A stretch of 64,000 nucleotides of DNA from Eledone cirrhosa (GCA_964016885.1 OZ024740.1:312480001-312544000), one strand, 5' to 3'. Shown: positions 12,673 to 25,033, counted from the stretch's first letter. Numbers and translations are program-made. The notes: generated by a model not told the origin, from the letters alone.

Positions 12673-13834
12673 CATTTCTACTAATAAATATTGGTAAGTA
12701 GAGCAGCTATAGAAATATATGTAATCACATTACAACTAAGACAGACAATATTTAAAATATGAACCATATTTGGCAGCTACATAACATTAATTAGGTTTAA
12801 CCCTTTCATGATTGTATTTGTAATGAAATACACTCTATTTTAATTAATTAATGAAGAATTTTGAGAGATTTACTAAAATTATTAATGTAAGGTTCTTAAA
12901 TATAATTAATTATGTTGGAAGATTTTAACTTAAATTGGACACTCTTAAAACACATACACACACATATATATTCCTTGCATACTTCTCTGATTTTTCTGTA
13001 CATGATAAATGAACTACATTCTTCATATATGTGATTCTGTTAAAGAAGAATTGTCCAAATATTTAATAATAGTGCCCTCTATTTCAGAAAAAGAGAACTA
13101 TTTTATATCTTTGTTTGTCTTCTAGAGTCATTCAAACAAGAACCATAAGGAAGACAGCATTTGTAAAATACTTCTGGAGGTTTAAATTCATGAAGAAAGA
13201 AAAAACTATCTCACTATTTGTCAAACTTAACTTCTACCCTCGCAGATTATTCACACCCTTAATACTTAGGATTTCACCCACATACAATTTCTTCTGATAT
13301 TGGCAAGAATACTTAAAGAAATTATTCAGGTTATTAACAAACAATGGTGTGAAATCTACAGTGAAGAATTTGTAGTCTGAATGATTGTGGAATATTGATA
13401 ACAGAAATACCTTAATTAGCACTAGTTTTGTTTCTTAAGATCAAATTTACGGTTTGTTAACAACATTTATAATCAACCTAGTTCTACTATTATAGATTGT
13501 ATTGCTAGCAACTCTGTCCTACAGACAGAACAAGGCCATTCTCTAGTCAATGAATGACAGTTAACAAACCCTTACTCTCTTTAGCCAACTGTATTTATGA
13601 GTTCCAAATATCTCAGAGTTCTTTTCAATAACTTTGATGAGTTGTAGTGCACCTGAGCACTGTACACAATAATTTCATTATTATTATTATTATAACATCT
13701 CAAATTCTTCCTAATTAATGAGTGCTTTGAGACATGTAGAATATTTCAGCTTTAAAATAAATATATCAACATTGAAGAAAAAGAAAAATCACTCTGTGGT
13801 GAAAATGATCAAATTCCAGTAGACTTTGGATATT

Positions 13835-13886
13835 CTATGTTGTTACATCTTTGATAATGGCTTCATCCCAAGGACCATAAATATTG
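13835..13886 (-). CDS. PIGC: PIGC coding exon 7 (NNIYGPWDEAIIKDVTT*)
   Basis: Acceptor ttacag; C-terminal GPWDEA motif; TAG at 13837-13835. Confidence 0.94.
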
Positions 13887-14081
13887 CTGTAAAACAAAAA
13901 AAGGTTTAATGTTTATATATATATATATACACAATATAAGTAAATGAGGACACCTTAATGTTGCAGGGGACTAGGTCACCCCACTAGTGTTGGTGCCACA
14001 ATAAAATACACCCAGTAACAACCCATTTAACCCATGTAAGCATGGTAAAATGGGCTCTAAACGGTGATGATGCACACACAC

Positions 14082-14170
<89 letters not shown>

Positions 14171-14181
14171 CATACATATAT

Positions 14182-15367
14182 ATCATCATCATCACCGTTT
14201 TACGTCCGTTCTACCATGCTAGCATGGGTTAGATGGGTTGTCCTGTTGTGAGCAGGGACTGATTTTGGCTTGATTTCTACAGCTGGATGCCCTTCCTAAC
14301 ACCAACCTCATTTACAGTGAGTGCTGGGTGCTTTTTCCGTGGCGCCTACATGTCCACTTTACAGTGTGGGCTGGGTGCTTTTTTGCCGTGGCACCTCCAC
14401 GACCACCTTGCAGTGAGAGGGTGTGGAGGCATATTGTCTATATGCTTCAGCTTGTACCCATGGGAGGTCGGGTACTCTGTATTACTGCGTGACGCCAAAG
14501 GTCAGGGTCGTGTGTCATCGCCTTTGAGAGGTGTAATTGGGTAAGGTCGGCTTTTATCACCTCATCCCAGGTCTTCTTGGGTCTCCCCACTCCGCAGTTT
14601 CCATTGACTTCTAGTGCTCTGCACCTTTTTATGCAGCTGTCATCCTTCATACGCATCACATGTCCATACCAACGCAACCGCCTCTCCTGCACACAGCATT
14701 TGATTCCTTTTATGCTCAATCTCTCTCTCAATTCATTTATGCTTTGTCGTTCGCGTATATTACTATTACACATCCATCGGAGCATGCAGGCTTCGTTTCT
14801 CTCTAATCTACATAAGTCTTCCACCTTCAGCGCCCAGGTCTCACTACCATGTAACATTGCTGTTCGGATACACGCATCATACAGTCTGCCTTTCATTTTG
14901 AGGGAGAAGCCTTTTGCAGCTAGCAGTGGCAGTAGTTCCCTGAACTTCTTCCATCCCGTTCTTACCCTAGTTATTGTACTTTCTGAACACCCACTTCCGC
15001 TGCTAATTCAGTCACCTAGGTAGCAGAAGCTGTCTACTGTCTCTACAGAGCCCTCCCAGAGATTGGTGGTACTTGTTTCCTGTGGCTGTTTGCTGCTTGC
15101 TGTCCCAGCACAGCTGCTGCATGTGAAGCCTACATTCTTAATTAAGCTTCCTGAGATCCCACTACATCTCTTGTGTACCCATTGTTTGCATTTGGGGCAG
15201 AGAATGGAGTTCCTACCTACACTTTTTCTACATACTGAGCAAGGCCATTTCTCTGAGGGGATCTGGGTTCTGTTTTCTCATCTACTTATAAGGACCTTAG
15301 TCTTTGTCATATTGACTTTGAGACCCTTTCTTTCTAGTCCCTGCTTCCAAGTTTGGAATTTCTTCTC
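14182..15367 (-). mobile_element. RTE-clade LINE, subfamily C, 5'-truncated (RT C-terminus with PHD insert, 3' UTR, (TGA)n tail)
   Basis: ORF pieces KTKVL..CSVC..HKRC, MLHGSETW, RRLRWYGHV, GRPKKTW; (ATC)n at 14182. Confidence 0.93.
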
Positions 15368-15600
15368 TATATATACATATATACAGTATTTACGTATCGA
15401 GAGAGAGAAATAAAGGGGAGGATAGGTGATACATATAGTTATTTGCCAAGTAGTGTATGCCAAAGGTGCTCGATACTAGTGCCGGCAGTATTAAATATTT
15501 GAAGTGATAATATTTGGTGGGCTAGAGAGTTAGCAGAGCGTAAGCACGTGGGAAAGTAAGAAATCGGAGAATAGACCTTTAAAACATGTTTATTTAAAAC

Positions 15601-15642
15601 AGCACCTACGTACGTTTTGCCCAGTTGGGATTCTCAAGGGCT
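15601..15642 (-). ncRNA. Mirror copy of the variant hammerhead motif (sense to PIGC pre-mRNA)
   Basis: AGCCC-UUGAGAA-UCCCAACUGGGC-AAAA-CGUACG-UA-GGUGCU; extra G->U change at the base of stem II. Confidence 0.5.
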
Positions 15643-16003
15643 TAAATAATCAAAAGTGTTCCTTACATTGCTCGGAAAGAGATTTTGGGGTTAGATCCCC
15701 GTCCAGGTTCATTGCTCGCAAAAATAGCTTGTTTTGATTTTGCAGCAGGTCAAGGGAGGTAACTCGGGCAAGTGTTAGGGCAGTCTTTCCCGGACAAATT
15801 AAAAAAAATTTTTTTTTTTATCTGCTACGAGATGAGATTACAACCTTACCATTGTCGATACGCATGTAATCAACGCTTATTTTGAGAGTTTTTTTTGCCG
15901 CATCTGTTTGTCTGGTATGCAAGGATTGTTTCCTGGGTGTTATTTTGCAGCGCCTGCCCGCCGGGGTGTTAAGACTTGTTGCAGGGAGATCCGGTGCACG
16001 GTT

Positions 16004-16410
16004 TCACTCCTCATCCTTAACCCATCTGAAGAAGGATATTTTTAAGCGATGTGTACAACTTATCGCTGTTTCAGCTCTGCTGTTGATGAGCTCGTGGGGT
16101 GCAGTTATGATGTGGTAGAGCTCCATGAGGCAAAGATCGCATTTCCTCTTGAAGTTGTACGGTGCAGCCATGCCAACAATCTCCCAGTGCGTGGAGAAGC
16201 TGATGTTTAAGTCCTTTAGTGATGTGATGTAGTCCGCGAGCGAGGTAGAGTGCCTTAGTTTTCTATTTGTGAAAGAGTGGAGATGTGTTCGAAACCTAAT
16301 TTTGAACAGGCCGGAGGTAGCCCCTATATAATGTTTAACGCTATTGTGGCTAGTAATAGTGAATCTATATATAACCCTATCAATCAAGCAGTATCCTCTA
16401 AGGGGGCAGC
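16004..16410 (-). CDS. PLE GIY-YIG endonuclease domain, left arm (open to its stop)
   Basis: C-terminal part of ORF 16004..17137: VIY/YIG, conserved R, E, N and Cys/His residues. Confidence 0.75.
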
Positions 16411-17005
16411 GTCCTCTGTCGCGGTTCCGTCTATTTCCCACGGTAAGGCTATCATTGTTGCTGCCTACGTTGTTACCTACGCTACCGCACCTGTCGTTAA
16501 CACCATTACAACCCACAGCACGCAGGGTGGTGCGATTGTTATTCCGCACGTCATGTCCTGCATGTTCCCCAGCCATTTTGCGGTTATGGTGGTTGCGTCT
16601 GCGGGTGCCATTGCCAACACTATTGGATGCTGCCAGGGAGTTGTTAAGGCCGATATAGTTATTGTCAGGTGTAGGTGCGTCTGTGTCGAGGTGCTGTGTC
16701 TTGGTGATCTTACTACACAGCACCTCGACACAGACGCTCCTACACCTGACAATAACTATATCGGCCTTAACAACTCCCTGGCAGCATCCAATAGTGTTGG
16801 CAACGGCATCCGCAGACGCAACCAGCATAACCGCAAAATGACTGGGGAACATGCAGGACATGATGTGCGGAATAACAATCGCACCACCCCGCGTGCTGTG
16901 GGTTGTAATGGTGCTAACGACAGCTGTGGTAGCGTAGGTTACAACGTAGGCAGCAACAATGATAGCCTTACCGTGGGAAATAGACGGAACCGCGACAGAG
17001 GACGC

Positions 17006-17410
17006 TGCCCCCTTAGAGGATACTGCTTGACTGATAGGGTTATATATAGATGCACTATTACTAGCCACAATAGCGTTAAACATTATATAGGGGCTACCTC
17101 CGGCCCATTCAAAATTAGGTTCCAAACACATCTCCACTCTTTCACAAATAGAAAACTAAGGCACTCCACTTCGCTCGCGAACTACATCACATCACTAAAG
17201 GACTTAAACATCAGCTTCTCCACGCACTGAGAGATTGTCGGCAGGGCTGCACCGTACAACTTCAAGAGGAAATGCGATCTTTGCCTCATGGAGCTCTACC
17301 ACATCATAACTGCACCCCACGAGCTCATCAACAGCAGAGCTGAAACAGCGATAAGTTGTACACATCGCTTAAAAATATCCTTCTTCAGATGGGTTAAGGA
17401 TGAGGAGTGA
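17006..17410 (+). pseudogene. PLE GIY-YIG endonuclease domain, right arm (premature TGA at 17228-17230)
   Basis: Mirror copy of the left arm; Trp codon TGG changed to TGA. Confidence 0.75.
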
Positions 17411-17788
17411 AACCGTGCACTGGATCTCCCTGCAACAAGTCTTAACACCCCGGCGGGAAGGCGCTGCAAAATAACACCGAGGAAACAATCCTTGCATACC
17501 AGACCCAGCCTCAAACGACTCAGACAAACAGATGCGGCAAAAAACTCTCAAAATAAGCGTTGATTACATGCGTATCGACAATGGTAAGGTTGTAACCTCA
17601 TCTTGTAGCAGATAAAAAAAAATAAAAAAAAATTTGTCCGGGAAAGACTGCTCTAACACCGGCCAGAGTTACCTCCCTTGACCTGCTGCAAAATCAAAAC
17701 AAGCTATTTTTGCGAGCAATGAACCTTGACGTGGATTTAACCCCAAAATCTCTTTCCGAGCAATGTAAGGAACACTTTTGATTATTTA

Positions 17789-17830
17789 TGCCCTTGAGAA
17801 GCCCAACTGGGCAAAACGTACGTAGGTGCT
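17789..17830 (+). ncRNA. Variant minimal type I hammerhead ribozyme motif in the PLE 3' region
   Basis: GCCC-UUGAGAA-GCCCAACUGGGC-AAAA-CGUACG-UA-GGUGC: stem I, U3/A8 core variant, stem II hairpin, palindromic stem III (ACGUACGU), GUA site; G12 appears as A. Confidence 0.6.
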
Positions 17831-18070
17831 GTTTTAAATAAACATGTTTTAACGGTCTATTCTCCGATTTCTTACTTTCCCATATACATATATAAATATA
17901 TACATATATATATACACATATATATATATACACATATATATACATACATATATATATATACATAATAAAAGTATGTGTTCCTGCTTGTAAATAATACACA
18001 TGGGGATACAAGTATAGTCCGACCGTATGCAAGTGTGGTTCAATGGCAAGTTAATAAATTAACATATAAA

Positions 18071-18605
18071 ATCAAGGAAAAATTTTAAAATAAATTTCAA
18101 AAAATTCACTGTACTTACTATATGTGCCTTTACCACGGTTTCAGATCCCCAAACAAATAGATAATCCAAGCGGGTTTCCATTGAGAAAGAGATCCTCGTT
18201 CGAAGGCTTTTCTCTCTCGGAGAATATAAGATTCCCGAGTTCAAAATACTAACTGGCGCTATACAAATGAATGATGAAACAATTTTGTCTAGTACCGTGT
18301 GCAAAGACTGAAAGCAAGGTGGACAGGTCAATCTCTCGCTACTAAAAATAGCAGCCGTTCAAATGACCACGGTACTAGACAAAATTGTTTCATCATTCAT
18401 TTGTTGGGGCAGTTTTGTATGGCGCCAGTTTGTATTTTGAAATCGGGAATCTTATATTCTCCGAGAGAGAAAATCCTTCTGACGAGGATCTCTTTCCCAA
18501 TGGAAACCCACTTGGATTATCTAGGGATCTGAAACCGCGGTAAAGGCACATATAGTAAGTACGGTGAAATTTTTTTAATTTTTTCTTTATTTGCTTTTCC
18601 TTGAT
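18071..18605. repeat. Fold-back/MITE-like inverted repeat (~230-bp arms, ~68-bp loop)
   Basis: 18071-18299 is the reverse complement of 18368-18605 (e.g. gaaacaattttgtctagtaccgtg / cacggtactagacaaaattgtttc). Confidence 0.85.
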
Positions 18606-21420
18606 TATCATCATCATCATCATCATCCTTTAACGTCCACATTCCACGCTTGCATGGGTTTTGGACGGGAGTTTTCCCACTTGAGGCAAGAGTGGTTGTC
18701 TTGCTCGCATAGGACTGTCTGGCGGGTTTTCTACAGCTGGATGCCCATCCTAACACCAACCACATTTACAGTGTGGAACTGGGAGGTTTTTACCGTGTTA
18801 CCTACACGGCCACATTACAGCGTAGACTGTGTGTTTTTTTTGTCGTGACACCTACACGACCTCATTTGTTTCGGCCTGGATGTTGTGGCACCAACATAAC
18901 TTTACATTGAAAGGGGCGATGTGGATAGGGTGGGGGTGGTGGGACGGGGGTGTATTTTGTTAAAGGTGCCTACTGACTGTAGTAGGTTTTACGTAGTATT
19001 TAGGTAAGGCGGGTCTTCTCTATTACTGAGTACCGCCAAAGATCTTGGTCCAGTGACATTGTCTTGGAGAGGTGTAAGTGTGTGAGGTCGGAATTTATCA
19101 AGTCGTCCCAGGTTTTTCTAGGTCTGCCTACTCCGTGGCTACCGTCTATCTTTATTGCCCTGCACTTTTTTATACAGCTGTCGTCTTTCATGCGCATCAT
19201 GTGACCATACCAACGTAGCCTTCTCTCGAGTACACAACATCTGATCCCTCTTATTTCTAATTTTTTCCTTAGTTCGTTAATGCTTTGCCGTTCACGTATA
19301 TTACTATTACACATCCAGCGGAGCATGCAAGCTTCGTTCCTCTCTAGTCTGCGTATATCCTCTGCACACAATGCCCAGGTCTCACTGCCATGCAACATTG
19401 CTGTTCGTATGCAGGCATCATACAACCTGCCTTTCATTTTTAGGGAGAACCCTTTAGCGGCTAATAGTGGTATAAGCTCTCTGAACTTTTTCCATCCAGT
19501 TCTGACTCTAGCTACTGTACTTTCAGAGCACCCTCCCCCACTGCTGATTTTGTCACCCAGGTAACGGAAGCTGTCCACTATTTCTATAGAACCCTATGCG
19601 CGATTGAAAGAGCTAGTATTTTGTGGGCACTTGCTGCTACTTATTGCACCAGAGCACCGGCCACATGTAAAATCTATGTTCTTAGTTAGCTTACCTGTGA
19701 TCCCACTACATCTTTTATGCACCCATACTTTGCATTTGGGACATAAAATGGAGTTTCTACCTACGCCTTTCCTACACACTGAGCACGACCATTTCCCGGA
19801 AGGGACCGGCGCCTTATTTTCTTTCCTACAAACTAGTACTTTAGTCTTAGCCAGGTTAATTTTAAGGCCTTTTGATTCTAGGCCGTGCTTCCATGTTTGG
19901 AATTTCTTCTATAGCTCGGCCATTGATTCAGCTATGAGCGTTAGATCATCTGCGTATAGGAGTTCCCATGGGCAGCCGCTCTTGAACTCCACTGTTATAG
20001 CCTGAAGGGCTAAACTCTTTTACGCTAAACTTCACTATATTCGTTGTTAATTCTAACCTTGCTGACTGTTTCTTTATACATGGCTTGTATAGCTCTCACA
20101 AGCCATTCATCAACACCTAGTTTTCTAAGAGCCCACCAGATAATGGAACGGGGGACTCTGTCGAAGGCTTTCTCCAAGTCGACAAAAGCTAAGTAGAGGG
20201 GTTTACTTTTAGCTAGGTACTTCTCCTGTAGTTGTCGTACAATGAAAAGAGCGTCTGTGGTACTTTTGCCTGACACAAACCCGAACTGCATTTCATCTAG
20301 ATCAATTCTCTCTCTGATTAGTTGCGCTATTACTTTTTCCGTGACCTTCATGACCTGGTCGATTAATTTAATGCCTCTATAGTTACTCCTATCTAGGGCA
20401 TCTCCTTTACCCTTGTAACAGTTAATAATGATGCTGCCACGCCAGTCCTTTGGAACAACCCCATTCTGTATGACTTGGTTTACTATCCGAGTGACCATGA
20501 TGTGTCCCACCGTTCCAGAGGCTTTCAGCATCTCAGCAACTATTTCCGAAGGCACAGCCGCCTTACCCGTCTTCATATCTTTGATTGCCTTACTTATTAT
20601 ACTACCTTCAACTAACACTGCTGGTCCCTCTATTGGGTCAATGTGGGGGAGACGGTCTTTCTCCCATTTATTCTCCTCATTTAGTAGCCTTTTGTAGTGA
20701 CACTTCCAAGCTACCTTCTTATCAGCGTCAGTGATGGCAAGTACGCCATCATCATTTAGTACACACTTCTCCCCGACAATATCACAGTTTTCCTTGACAC
20801 ATTGCCTAGCAATCCTGAACACCTCACGTTTTTGGTCCTCGCGTTGTAGAACATGCTTGAACTTTCTTTCCTGTGCTTCCCTTCTTGCGAAGTACACTTG
20901 TCTCCTAGCTTCCCTCCTGGCCACTTGATAGTCTTCTCTACTTCCCCCATCCCGCCATACTTTCCAAGCCTGCTTTTTGGCCTTAATTGACTCCTCCACC
21001 TTACTGTTCCACCACCATGTTACTCTCCTCCTGCTTATAGGCCTGCTCCGGCCACAGACTTCGTCTGCCACCATCAGCAGGTTTGCTTTCAGGAATTCCC
21101 ACTGTTCCTCTATATTGTACAACTCTAAATGCTCTTCCTTACTGTCGAAAGCATCAAGTAATGTGCTTTGAAATTTATTTCTGGCTGTGGGGTCCTTTAG
21201 CTTCCATATTTTTCTCCTGAGGATAGTCCTCTTCTACTGTCGAGTACGTCTCGTCCTGACTATGAGGTCGCTAATTATCAGTCTATGTTGGGAGGTGCAT
21301 TCTTCATGGGGGAGGGATTTAGTGTTTACAACAGACACTCTGTCATGTCTTCTGGTAAGGATATAATCTACCTGGCTGGTATGTTCCCCTGATCTGTAGG
21401 TGATCAAGTGATTGTCTCGT
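18606..21420 (-). mobile_element. RTE-clade LINE, subfamily A, 5'-truncated within the APE domain
   Basis: QVDYIL APE tail; NYRGI, QFGF, FVDLEKAFD, LYADD, RRLRWYGH; frameshifts and a deletion; (ATC)n tail at 18606. Confidence 0.95.
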
Positions 21421-21544
21421 TTTTTTTAATTTATATTATATATATACATATATATACATATATATATACATACATACATATATATATACATACATACATA
21501 TATATATACATACATACATATATATATACATACATATATATATC

Positions 21545-22287
21545 TATTGGTAAAAATTTGTGAAATTATAAAACCAGAAGAACATACATACATACAATGC
21601 AATCCATAGAAAAGATAGCCCCGATGATAAACACATTAAAAGCTACAGCAATGTGGAAGACATACATATACATAATATGAAAGAGTACTGGTGGAATGTT
21701 CAAGTAAAAACCCCCCAAAAATGCAAGCATAACAGACCAGATATAATGATATGGAACAGGGAAAAGAAGGCATGCACAGTAGTGGAAATTAGCTGCCCAG
21801 CAGATGCCAATATAATATCAAAGATTAGCGAAAAGGAGAATATTTATGCAGAACTAATGAGAAATCTGCAGATACTCCACCCTGATTATACCTTCAGGTT
21901 TATGCCTGTGATTATTGGGGCACTGGGATGCAAATCTTGAGAAGCTGGGCTTCACAGGAACAGAAAGAACACAACTAGTTAGGAAACTACAAGTACAATC
22001 CATTAATGGAACAGTAAAAATATGTAAAACATTCCAAAAGGTTTGCATCTATTAACTACATATACACATGTACAGCTACAAAGCATATGCACACATACAA
22101 CTCTAAACATACACATCCACACATACAATAACATCCATACCTACACATGCAGACATGCATACATATCTACCTAGTTGATGTTGTGTAAATTCCAATGAGA
22201 GAGTCTTGTGTCTATGTTAGAAACCAACTCTCTCTATTGGTAAAAATTTGTGAAATTATAAAACCAGAAGAACATACATACATACAT
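21545..22287 (+). mobile_element. Dong/R4-clade (RLE) non-LTR retrotransposon 3' fragment, preceded by a second ~50-bp 3' end
   Basis: ORF 21653..21940: HNRPDI......VVEISCP.D.NI..K..EK...Y..L...PVIIGALG (restriction-like endonuclease). The 3' terminus is repeated at 21545-21596 and 22234-22287 within (CATA)n. Confidence 0.8.
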
Positions 22288-22456
22288 GGTGGCTGCCAAC
22301 TCGTTTTCGAGTACGGCCACTACTTTATATCCATGTAGGAGAACTCCTACCGATGCGCTGAACGAGTGTGACTTTTTAGTGCAGCCAGCGATTTGAAAAC
22401 TCTGGTACAAACACTACACTTGTGACAATTATTGACACATAGTGCTACATACAAAC

Positions 22457-22493
<37 letters not shown>

Positions 22494-22507
22494 CATACAT
22501 ATATTTG

Positions 22508-22908
22508 AAGGCGCATGGCTTAGTAGTTAGAGCATTGGGCTTGAAATCGAAAGGTTGTGAGTTCATTTCTTGGACCGGGTGATGTGTTTTTTCCTTGAGC
22601 AAGAGACTTTATTTCACATTGCTCCAGTTTACTCAGCTGTAGAAATGAGATGATAGGACTGGGGTCCTTATCATTCATTCCACTGCAAAAGTGGTCATGG
22701 AGGTGCCACGGCAATAAAGCACCCAGCACTCACTGTAAATGAGGTTGGTGTTAGGAAGGGCATCCAGCTGTAGAAATCAAGCCAGAATCAGTTCCCGTAT
22801 GAGCAAGACAAGGTCAGCCGACCGGACACTGCCCACAACAGGACAACTCGTCTAACCCATGCTAGCGTGGAAGAACGGACGTAAAACGGTGATGATAATG
22901 ATGATGAT
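22508..22908 (+). mobile_element. tRNA-derived CORE-type SINE with RTE-derived 3' tail
   Basis: A/B-box head ggcgcatggcttagtagttag..gagttc; CORE-like ccttgagcaagagactttatttcacattgctcc; tail matching the 3' UTR of the 14182 RTE; (TGA)n. Confidence 0.8.
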
Positions 22909-22966
22909 ACATATATATACACATATATATACATACATATATATATACATATATATATATACATAC

Positions 22967-22999
<33 letters not shown>

Positions 23000-23704
23000 A
23001 CCAAATAAAGAGATATATGTATATACAGAGAGAGAAAGAGCCATATATCGCACAAGAAACACGGTATATTGTATATATACCAAATATATATTCTATAGAA
23101 GAATATGTACACAGATGGAATCATAAGTGAAACCTTATCACGCTAATTCATACCTGGAGAGTATGGCTAAAAATCGATCTATATAATCGATCATAAAAAA
23201 AAATAATCAATCAATATAATCGATCATCAAATACAAACTATCGATTATGATTAAACCACATGAGACACAGGTACTCTTCAGAGGTCTAATCTCACCATTC
23301 TAAGGGAAAAATAGAATGAAGATGGTAAATAAATCAATATACCTGGGAATATCAACAGCTAAGTTCAATGCGACCACCATGCTTAGAAGTACATGGTAAA
23401 TACTCTAGACCGGAGGCAAATAAATATCCACAAGGTGGACGATAACTGTGCTAGAAATAGGAGCAGTAATTATAACCACCGAGCTCAACAAGTTCAGAGG
23501 TTTGGAGCCGTTAAATACAAATAATGAATTAAAACATATTAGATATGTTTAGAATTTTGTGTTTCTCAATAAGAAAGCTCAATAGACTTTATCTGTATGT
23601 ACATATACATTCATCTGTATATACATATACATTCATCTGTATATACATATATCGCTTTATTTGGTTATTATGGCTATAGATAAAGTTATTGTGGCTCTAT
23701 ATAT

Positions 23705-23811
23705 AGGGAAAGAGTCAGGACCCCAGTGGCTGAGCTCCAGCCGTTTCGACAGCTCGGATATAGCTGTTGAAACAGCCGGAGCTCAGCTGTTGGGGTTCTG
23801 ACTCTTTTCCT
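23705..23811. repeat. GC-rich ~105-nt hairpin (45-bp stem, 7-nt loop)
   Basis: aagagtcaggaccccagtggctgagctccagccgtttcgacagct-cggatat-agctgttgaaacagccggagctcagctgttggggttctgactctt. Confidence 0.9.
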
Positions 23812-23882
23812 ACTACCCTAAGTATTGAGTTGAGTACTCTGGAGTGTTATGGTCCACCTGGTATCTTACCACACCCTTTTTG

Positions 23883-23884
<2 letters not shown>

Positions 23885-23923
<39 letters not shown>

Positions 23924-24250
23924 TATACACACACACACACATATATATATATGCACACACATATATATACACACACACACATATATATATATATACACAT
24001 ATATACATACACACACATATATACATACACACACACATATATATATATTATATATATATATATACACACATATATATCTATATACACATATATATCTACA
24101 CACACACATATATATATACACACATATATATATATACACATATATACATACACACACACATTTATATATACACATATATACATACACACACACATATATA
24201 TATATTATATATATATATATACACACATATATATCTATATACACATATCT

Positions 24251-24282
<32 letters not shown>

Positions 24283-24965
24283 GCACACACATATTTATAT
24301 ACACACATATATATATATACACACATATATATATACACACACACACATATATATATATACATACACACACATTTATATATACACATATATACATACACAC
24401 ACACATATATATATATTATATATATATACACACACATATATATCTATATACACATATATATCTACACACACACATATATATATATGCACACACATTTATA
24501 TACACAATATATATACACACACACATATATATATATATACACATATATACATACACACACACATTTATATATACACATATATACATACACACACACATAT
24601 ATATATATACACACACACACATTTATATATACACATATATACATACACACACACATATATATCTATATACACATATATACATACACACACACATTTATAT
24701 ATACACATATATACATACACACACATATATATATATTATATATATGTATACACACACATATATATCTATATACACATATATATCTACACACACACACACA
24801 CATATATACATATGCACACACACATATATATATATACACATATATACATACACACACACATTTATATATACACATATATACATACACACACACACATATA
24901 TATATTTCATTCATTATTATTATTATTATACACACACATATATATCTATATACACATATATATCT

Positions 24966-24998
<33 letters not shown>

Positions 24999-25005
24999 CA
25001 TACAG
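23885..25005. repeat. 1.1-kb compound TA/CA microsatellite with higher-order ~30-bp units
   Basis: Recurrent acacacatttatatatacacatatatacatac and tatatatctatatacacatatatatctacac blocks. Confidence 0.95.
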
Positions 25006-25033
25006 ATGTTATAGTAGAAACTATAAAGGAAAT

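Larger units (their letters stand above)
15549..17882. mobile_element. Penelope-like element (PLE): two 5'-truncated copies joined head-to-head as a 2.3-kb palindrome
   Basis: Arm 15549-16699 is the reverse complement of arm 16715-17882 (15-nt spacer). Each arm encodes CPL.G.CL..VIY...YIG.T...FK.R...H..SF...ST.L...W.I...C.LCL.E...IN.R......C.H, a PLE-type GIY-YIG endonuclease. No RT is present. Confidence 0.88.

Noticed and set aside
16277-17137. N-terminal halves of the mirror 377-aa and 317-aa ORFs as a novel two-domain protein
   Set aside because: They are antisense read-through of the opposite palindrome arm; only the part distal to the spacer is PLE coding sequence
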